From positions 1 through 32,000 of the forward strand of contig CAYJGQ010000009.1 in assembly GCA_964369885.1 (NCBI GenBank): a stretch of DNA of 32,000 nucleotides, given 5' to 3'. Below are positions 27,017 through 32,000 of this stretch, piece after piece; position 1 is the stretch's first letter; each line of letters opens with the position of its first letter. The DNA is from an uncultured Oscillospiraceae bacterium (GTDB lineage: Bacteria > Bacillota > Clostridia > Oscillospirales > Ruminococcaceae). Under the pieces are notes generated by a model. The model had not been told where the DNA came from, did not search any database, and was given only the letters and a program-made list of their open reading frames with translations. The position numbers and the translations under genes were made by a program.

Positions 27017-27284
27017 CAGGGGCGATTATTTTTATCAGGTTGCCCTCCAACAAATCAGCAGGCAGAGGGCAAGGGCGGTGTATTTTAAGCAGTTATACAC
27101 CGCATTGGTGAACAGATGTTTTTTGCCACCGCTATAATTTATAGTAGCTAAATTAAGATGGGTGGTTACCTGCAACAAAGACAGCACAAATTGCCTAAAA
27201 AACCTTAAAATGGCTGTGGTCGAGCTACAAAACAGCTCCAAAGGATAAATTTAATATAAAAAGATGTGTAAAAGCAAAAAATTA

Positions 27285-27313
27285 TTGTAATTTTACAGCT
27301 ACTGCTATATAAT
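27285..27313 (+). promoter_or_regulatory. Candidate sigma-A promoter for the MCP gene
   Basis: TTGTAA (27285-27290), 17-nt spacer, TATAAT (27308-27313). Confidence 0.45.
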
Positions 27314-27373
27314 TAACCAGAAACAAAAAAAGAAAATAAACCGCTAAAATAAAATAAATGTAGGTGTAGAGTG

Positions 27374-29356
27374 ATGAAACATATCAGAACAAAAATTGTC
27401 GTGATGGTTTTAGCAATAGCGCTACTCAGCTCGGTATCACTGGGTGTTGCCGCAATAAGCATAACTCGAAGTGTCACCAAGGCCACCGTTACCGATGTGA
27501 TGAATGAGACGGCCGAAACCGTTTCTCATAATGCGCAAAATGCAATTGCGACATATACCACTGCGGTATCGGAAATTGCAACCCACGAAACCTTCACCGA
27601 CCCTCAGGCCACCCAAACCGAAAAAGAACTGATGGTGCAAAAAAAGGTTGAGCAGTACTATATGCAGAGCGGGGGCATACTAAATGCAAACGGGGTAGAC
27701 ATCTTTACGGGTGAGGACTACTCGGCCGAGCCGTTTTTCCAAAAGGCAATGCAGGGAGAAACCTACATGTCCACCCCCTACATATCGCAGGAGGGTGATG
27801 TGTCCATAGTGATGGCAAGCCCCATAAGCGTGAGGGGGGCCATTCAAAATGTGCTGTACTTTAGCTGTGACAACACCATTTTGCAGGAAACTGTGGCCGA
27901 CGGATGTATTGGTATTACAGGCGACTGCTACATACTTGACAAAAACGGCGTGACAATTGCCTATGGTGATCTTTCTTATGTAACCGAGCAGAGCAACGCC
28001 ATTGCCATGGCAGAGCAAAATCCCGAGGATGCACAGCTTGCACAACTTGCCGAGGTAGAGCGTAAGATGGTGGCGGGAGAAACAGGCTTTGCCATTTATC
28101 CCTACAATGGCAGTGTGTCCTGGCAGAGCTATCTTCCCATAGAATCTACCGACGGCTGGAGCCTTGCCATTGTGGTGGACGAGGGGGATGTAATGGCCCA
28201 GGCCGATGAGGCTGTGCTGATAATTATTGGAATAAGTGCGGCGGTCTTCTTCATAAGTGCCATTGCAGCCTTTAAGTTGGGCAGCAGCATAAGCCGCCCC
28301 ATAATGAGCTGTATTAACAGACTTACCGCCATGAAGGAGGGCGATTTGAGCTCACCCATGCCGGTGGTAAACAGCAGTGACGAAATAGGCACATTTGCAA
28401 GCGCACTTGAGGATATAATAAAAACCCAAAACATAATGATTGTCAACCTGACCGATCGCCTGGGAAGAATTGCAGCCGGCAACCTTGCCTTCACCGATGA
28501 GGAAAGCTACTACCACGGCGACTTTAGGCCGCTTGAAATCTCTCTAAACGAAATTCAGGAGCGCCTAAAAGGGGTAATCAGTGACATTGCACAGACAGCC
28601 GAGCAGGTTTCGATTGGAGCAAGCCACGTCGAGGTAGGCGCGGTATCACTCTCCCAAACCACAGACCAACAGGTCGATTCGGTGGAGGATATTTTAAGCT
28701 CCATGAAGGGGATACAGGAGGTATCGTCCCGAATTTCAGACGATGCCGACCGTGCCATGCAGCTAACCGATGAAACCGAGAGCAAACTCAACGAGAGCCG
28801 TGAATATATGAGCAGGCTATTGATGGCTGTAAATGACATACAAAAACAGTCCGACGAGATATCTCACATAATTAAAACAATTGATGACATAGCCTTCCAG
28901 ACCAATATTTTGGCCCTTAATGCGGCGGTTGAGGCGGCGCGTGCAGGAGCCTCGGGCAAAGGATTTGCCGTGGTGGCCGACGAGGTGCGAAACCTTGCAA
29001 ACCGCTCGGCACTGGCCGCAAAGGACACCGCACTGCTAATAGAGGGCTCGGCAATATCCACCCAAAATGTGGCCGATGTTGCCGGCAAAACCTCGGTGGC
29101 TTTGGAGGCGGTGGCGCAACATGCAAGGGCCACAGCCGAACACATGGTTATGATAAATAGCGAGCTTACGGGGCAAAATGTAAGCATTGAGCGAATTCAC
29201 CAAGGTGTGCAGAGCATATCCGAGGCCATACACGCCGACAGTGACACCTCAAAACAAAGTGCTACCACCAGCAAGGTGTTGACCGAAAACGCCGAGTTCC
29301 TAAAGGGTATGGTGTCGACATTTGTGGTGGAAACCACCCCCGATAATCAGGATTAA
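27374..29356 (+). CDS. Methyl-accepting chemotaxis protein with extracellular Cache-type sensor
   Basis: N-terminal TM, a ~260-aa periplasmic Cache-like domain, a second TM, HAMP (PI..CI.RL.AM.EGDL) and the highly conserved signalling hairpin [41 protein letters not shown] 27374 is preferred over GTG 27371 because an AGGTG RBS lies 7 nt upstream. Confidence 0.9.
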   Translation: MKHIRTKIVVMVLAIALLSSVSLGVAAISITRSVTKATVTDVMNETAETVSHNAQNAIATYTTAVSEIATHETFTDPQATQTEKELMVQKKVEQYYMQSGGILNANGVDIFTGEDYSAEPFFQKAMQGETYMSTPYISQEGDVSIVMASPISVRGAIQNVLYFSCDNTILQETVADGCIGITGDCYILDKNGVTIAYGDLSYVTEQSNAIAMAEQNPEDAQLAQLAEVERKMVAGETGFAIYPYNGSVSWQSYLPIESTDGWSLAIVVDEGDVMAQADEAVLIIIGISAAVFFISAIAAFKLGSSISRPIMSCINRLTAMKEGDLSSPMPVVNSSDEIGTFASALEDIIKTQNIMIVNLTDRLGRIAAGNLAFTDEESYYHGDFRPLEISLNEIQERLKGVISDIAQTAEQVSIGASHVEVGAVSLSQTTDQQVDSVEDILSSMKGIQEVSSRISDDADRAMQLTDETESKLNESREYMSRLLMAVNDIQKQSDEISHIIKTIDDIAFQTNILALNAAVEAARAGASGKGFAVVADEVRNLANRSALAAKDTALLIEGSAISTQNVADVAGKTSVALEAVAQHARATAEHMVMINSELTGQNVSIERIHQGVQSISEAIHADSDTSKQSATTSKVLTENAEFLKGMVSTFVVETTPDNQD

Positions 29357-29400
29357 CACTCAATTCTAAAAACCATGGTGACATAATAAATACTACCAGT

Positions 29401-29445
29401 AGTGCCCCCCACAGACATTGTGGGGGGCACTGATGTGTTTTGGGT
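29401..29445 (+). terminator. Intrinsic terminator after the MCP gene
   Basis: AGTGCCCCCCACA-GACAT-TGTGGGGGGCACT 13-bp stem followed by GATGTGTTTTGGG. Confidence 0.7.
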
Positions 29446-29489
29446 GTTGGGGATTGGTGTGGAGGTAAAATAAGCTGTAAAAATAAAAG

Positions 29490-29518
29490 TTGAAATAAAT
29501 TATCAAATAAAGTATCAT
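29490..29518 (+). promoter_or_regulatory. Candidate sigma-A promoter for the ROK-like gene
   Basis: TTGAAA (29490-29495), 17-nt spacer, TATCAT (29513-29518). Confidence 0.4.
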
Positions 29519-29619
29519 AAAGTGTATACACAATAAACAGTATGTATTGGTAGTGGCTGTAAATTGTGTTTTGGGAGCAAGCTTTCACACCTAAAATTAT
29601 TAGCAGGAGGAGCGCAGAT

Positions 29620-30996
29620 ATGAATTATCTTGGAGTAGAGGTATCGCCGAAAAATTGTCCGTCGCTTGACCCCGAGTTTATCCCACTGGGGCTTTACTAC
29701 AAAGCCTTTTTGCAGGGTGCCGACTGCGATTTTTCCATAGCCGTGGAGCGCAGTGGATCACAGGTGGCGGTTTACAACACCCGCATACACAGTGACCCCG
29801 AGAAAAAACAGGCCAATATATATTATATAGACAGGCTTGTTAAGACATTTTTGTGGCTAAAGGGTGGCTACAAGGTGTATCTGTGCGGAGATGAAGAAAT
29901 TTGCACCGCCCTTGTCAAGAGGTACAGTGCCCAGGGACTGCGTGCCTTTGATTATGATTTTATGGCCGGAATATACGGACTGCCCTTTGAGGTTGTGCGT
30001 GTGGACAAACTTCCGCAGGAAAAGGGGAGCGCCAAGGCCATAGGCCGCCACACCGACGGATGCCGCATTGGCTTTGATGCGGGCGGAAGCGACCGCAAGG
30101 TTTCGGCCGTGATTGACGGCCAAAGTGTTTACAGCGAGGAGGTGGTGTGGCATCCCAAAACCACCGCCGACCCCGACTACCATTATGAGGGCATTGTGTC
30201 GGCCATGAAGTCGGCCGCGGCCCACATGCCAAGGGTGGATGCCATTGGTATTTCCTCGGCAGGAATATACATTGATAACCAAACAAAGGCGGCCTCGCTA
30301 TTTTTAAAGGTGCCAAAGGAGTTGTACGAAAGCAAGGTGCGGGATATTTATATCCGTGCGGCGGCCGAGTTTGGAGATGTACCCATGCAGGTGTGCAATG
30401 ATGGCGATGTTACCGCCCTTGCAGGGGCCATAAGTCTTGATAAAAATAATGTACTGGGCATAGCCATGGGCACAAGTGAGGCCGTGGGATATGTTGATGG
30501 TGATGGCAATATTACAGGATGGCTAAACGAGCTTGCCTTTGCGCCGGTTGATGCAAATCCGCTGGCCATGCAGGACGAGTGGAGTGGCGACATAGGCGTT
30601 GGGTGCAAATATTTCTCGCAGGATGCCGTGATAAAGCTGGCCCCTGCGGCAGGTATAGCCCTAAACGAGGAGGCCTCGCCGGCCGAAAAACTCAAGGTTG
30701 TGCAGAACCTAATGGCAAATGATGATGCGAGAGCTGCAAAGATATTTGAATCCATAGGGGTTTACCTTGGCCATGCGCTGGCAATGTATCACCATTTTTA
30801 CGAGTACGAGCATGTGTTACTGCTGGGCAGGGTAATGTCGGGCAAGGGTGGAGATATTATTTTGTCCCGCTCCCTGGCTGTATTGTCCGAGGAATACCCC
30901 GAAGTGGCGGCCAAGGTAAGTGTTGGACTGCCCGATGAAAAGTTTCGCAGGGTGGGGCAATCGGCTGCGGCGGCATCACTACCCGAAATTTTGTAA
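29620..30996 (+). CDS. ROK/ASKHA-superfamily sugar-kinase-like protein with ~150-aa N-terminal extension
   Basis: The C-terminal ~300 aa have the actin-like ATPase pattern (IGFDAGGSDRK phosphate-1, ISSAGIY, NDGDVTALAG, GIAMGTSEAVGY). I did not see the ROK CxCGxxGC zinc motif. Start at ATG 29620 with an AGGAGGAG RBS (the track extends to 29566). Confidence 0.55.
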   Translation: MNYLGVEVSPKNCPSLDPEFIPLGLYYKAFLQGADCDFSIAVERSGSQVAVYNTRIHSDPEKKQANIYYIDRLVKTFLWLKGGYKVYLCGDEEICTALVKRYSAQGLRAFDYDFMAGIYGLPFEVVRVDKLPQEKGSAKAIGRHTDGCRIGFDAGGSDRKVSAVIDGQSVYSEEVVWHPKTTADPDYHYEGIVSAMKSAAAHMPRVDAIGISSAGIYIDNQTKAASLFLKVPKELYESKVRDIYIRAAAEFGDVPMQVCNDGDVTALAGAISLDKNNVLGIAMGTSEAVGYVDGDGNITGWLNELAFAPVDANPLAMQDEWSGDIGVGCKYFSQDAVIKLAPAAGIALNEEASPAEKLKVVQNLMANDDARAAKIFESIGVYLGHALAMYHHFYEYEHVLLLGRVMSGKGGDIILSRSLAVLSEEYPEVAAKVSVGLPDEKFRRVGQSAAAASLPEIL

Positions 30997-31011
30997 GCTT
31001 ACAACAACGCT

Positions 31012-31064
31012 ATAAAACACGACAGTCCGCCTGCACTACTGCGCAGGCGGACTGAGCAACTTTT
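31012..31064. terminator. Bidirectional intrinsic terminator (ROK-like gene / SASP)
   Basis: CAGTCCGCCTGC / GCAGGCGGACTG 12-bp stem (31023-31054). T-rich tracts lie on both strands' 3' sides. Confidence 0.75.
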
Positions 31065-31075
31065 GGGGTTGCGTG

Positions 31076-31264
31076 TTACTTCATGGAGTTCTCGTAGCTC
31101 TCGATCATCTTCTTGACCATCTGGCCGCCAATGCTACCGGCCTGGCGGGAGGTTAGGTCGCCGTTGTAACCCTGCTTTAGGTTTACACCAACTTCGTTGG
31201 CAGCTTCCATCTTGAACTTTTCCAGTGCTTCCTTAGCGGCGGGCACTACAGGTTTGTTAGCCAT
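31076..31264 (-). CDS. ssp: Alpha/beta-type small acid-soluble spore protein
   Basis: 62 aa with KFKMEAANEVGV and LTSRQAGSIGGQMVKKMIE, the two conserved SASP blocks. AAGGAGAG RBS. A sigma-G-like -10 (CATACTA, 31322-31328) lies upstream, but the -35 is unclear. Confidence 0.9.
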   Translation of the reverse strand: MANKPVVPAAKEALEKFKMEAANEVGVNLKQGYNGDLTSRQAGSIGGQMVKKMIESYENSMK

Positions 31265-31387
31265 AATGTTTTACTCTCCTTAAATTTTCGGATAATTTTA
31301 ATTTCGCGCTTGCAGTAATAGTAGTATGGGTTTTAAGCATCGCAATATAACAGGTATTTTTTTGCGCTTTATTATCCAAAATTTTCA

Positions 31388-31425
31388 GAAAAAAACCGCC
31401 ACGCAAAACATTGCCGGCGGTTTTT
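31388..31425 (-). terminator. Intrinsic terminator after the Dabb gene
   Basis: On the minus strand: AACCGCC...GGCGGTT stem followed by a T8 run. Confidence 0.7.
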
Positions 31426-31434
31426 GTTGGGTTA

Positions 31435-31725
31435 TTATATATGGTAGTCCACCGCTACGCTTTTTTCCACAACGCTATGCATGTGTTTTTTTACCACCGA
31501 CACATGATATTCGTCGGCCTGATATATCTCCATGGCCTCGGGGCTTTCAAAGGTTACGCTCAGCACAAGGTCGTAGGAGCGTGGCGAGGCCAAAAAGTCA
31601 ATGCCCACCTCGATATCAACAATTTGAGGTATGCGCCCCTTCATGGACATCAGTACCTCCTTTGATTTTTCGCAAACATTTGGGATGTCGCTTTGAAATT
31701 TGTAGCAAACAACATGTTTAATCAT
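31435..31725 (-). CDS. Dabb (stress-responsive alpha/beta barrel) family protein
   Basis: ~96 aa with MIKHVV.YKF...... and H..V......V.YH, typical of the Dabb dimeric ferredoxin-like fold. The second ATG (31725) is preferred because GGATGG lies 8 nt upstream. Confidence 0.7.
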   Translation of the reverse strand: MIKHVVCYKFQSDIPNVCEKSKEVLMSMKGRIPQIVDIEVGIDFLASPRSYDLVLSVTFESPEAMEIYQADEYHVSVVKKHMHSVVEKSVAVDYHI

Positions 31726-31849
31726 ATCTATTACCATCCTTTAATTTTTTAGGCGCAAAAAACAACCACAAGAAAAATCAGTTGCAAGCTGCCGTGTTTT
31801 TTAGCTGTCGCACAGGGGGCCAAACAGCTTTTACATCACTGGGTTAAAA

Positions 31850-32000
31850 TCACATTACCTCCAGCAGACTGTCGGCAAGTGCGGCAAACTGCTCCATGGT
31901 AAGTTGCTCGGCACGGGCGGTGGTGGCAATGTCGGCTGTCTGCATGGCGGTGGCAATGTTGGCCTTGGGAATGCCAAGCCCTGCCGAAAGCGAGTTGTGA
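31850..32000 (-). CDS. rsmA: 3' end of 16S rRNA (adenine1518/1519-N6)-dimethyltransferase RsmA/KsgA (partial, continues beyond window)
   Basis: My manual translation of the minus strand gives ...LSAGLGIPKANIATAMQTADIATTARAEQLTMEQFAALADSLLEVM*. This matches the usual KsgA C-terminus (..gi....RaE.Ls.e.F..La..l). It is too short to appear in the ORF track. Confidence 0.5.
   Translation of the reverse strand, partial: HNSLSAGLGIPKANIATAMQTADIATTARAEQLTMEQFAALADSLLEVM

Noticed and set aside
26724-27137. 137-aa plus-strand ORF
   Set aside because: It overlaps the T-box leader and its promoter on the opposite strand. It has no RBS, and the RNA-element explanation is much stronger.
27132-27144. 13-nt perfect palindrome CTATAATTTATAG between the divergent symporter and MCP promoters
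   Set aside because: It is AT-rich and short, so it is easily produced by chance in promoter DNA. There is no second copy and no nearby regulator gene to support an operator.
27242-27373. Expected sigma-D (TAAA-N15-GCCGATAT) promoter for the chemoreceptor gene
   Set aside because: No GCCGATAT-like -10 is present. Only a sigma-A-type TTGTAA/TATAAT pair is visible.
31322-31351. Sigma-G forespore promoter for the SASP gene
   Set aside because: CATACTA fits the sigma-G -10, but the sequence 17-18 nt upstream (GTTATA) fits the -35 consensus poorly. I noted it only under the SASP feature.
1-32000. Search for CRISPR arrays, tRNA/rRNA genes, IS elements, integrases, phage or defence modules, and toxin-antitoxin pairs
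   Set aside because: I saw no regularly spaced repeats and no tRNA T-arm signature (GGTTCGAATCC-like). I also saw no transposase or recombinase-like ORFs and no small overlapping gene pairs typical of TA systems. The gene content is housekeeping, sporulation and chemotaxis.

Overview
This window looks like a chromosomal core region of a spore-forming, motile Firmicute (Clostridia-like). The supporting genes are an alpha/beta SASP, SleB, a methyl-accepting chemotaxis protein and a T-box leader. It is mostly housekeeping. A complete nine-gene V-type ATPase operon (658-9523, +) has a fumarylacetoacetate-hydrolase-family gene overlapping its last stop codon. A minus-strand block follows: der, a DUF512 radical-SAM/PDZ protein, rpmF, yceD/DUF177, a MetRS-like ligase, gltX and a small membrane protein. 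After that come sleB, ybaK, an orphan membrane protein, deoD (-), a dCMP deaminase, a GH25 lysozyme, cspA, ridA, a sodium:solute symporter (-), an MCP, a ROK/ASKHA kinase-like gene, a SASP (-), a Dabb protein (-) and the 3' end of rsmA (-). I saw no CRISPR array, tRNA or rRNA gene, transposase, integrase or recognisable defence or toxin module, so I cannot point to a multi-gene novel system. Three things are not explained by ordinary annotation. (1) A GC-rich, hairpin-dense modular repeat family fills the coding-free stretches at 1-506 and 18308-18578. The copies are homologous, their hairpins sit at matching positions with different sequences, and related short CCCCAC...GGGGGC hairpins occur at other loci. 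(2) A canonical T-box leader (about 26681-26981, -) controls the SSS-family symporter, which would tie an orphan transporter to one amino acid, but I could not read the specifier codon securely. (3) The MetRS-like ligase reads KASSS where the class I KMSKS loop is expected. All calls come from reading the sequence and the ORF track by eye. No database search, covariance model or folding program was run.
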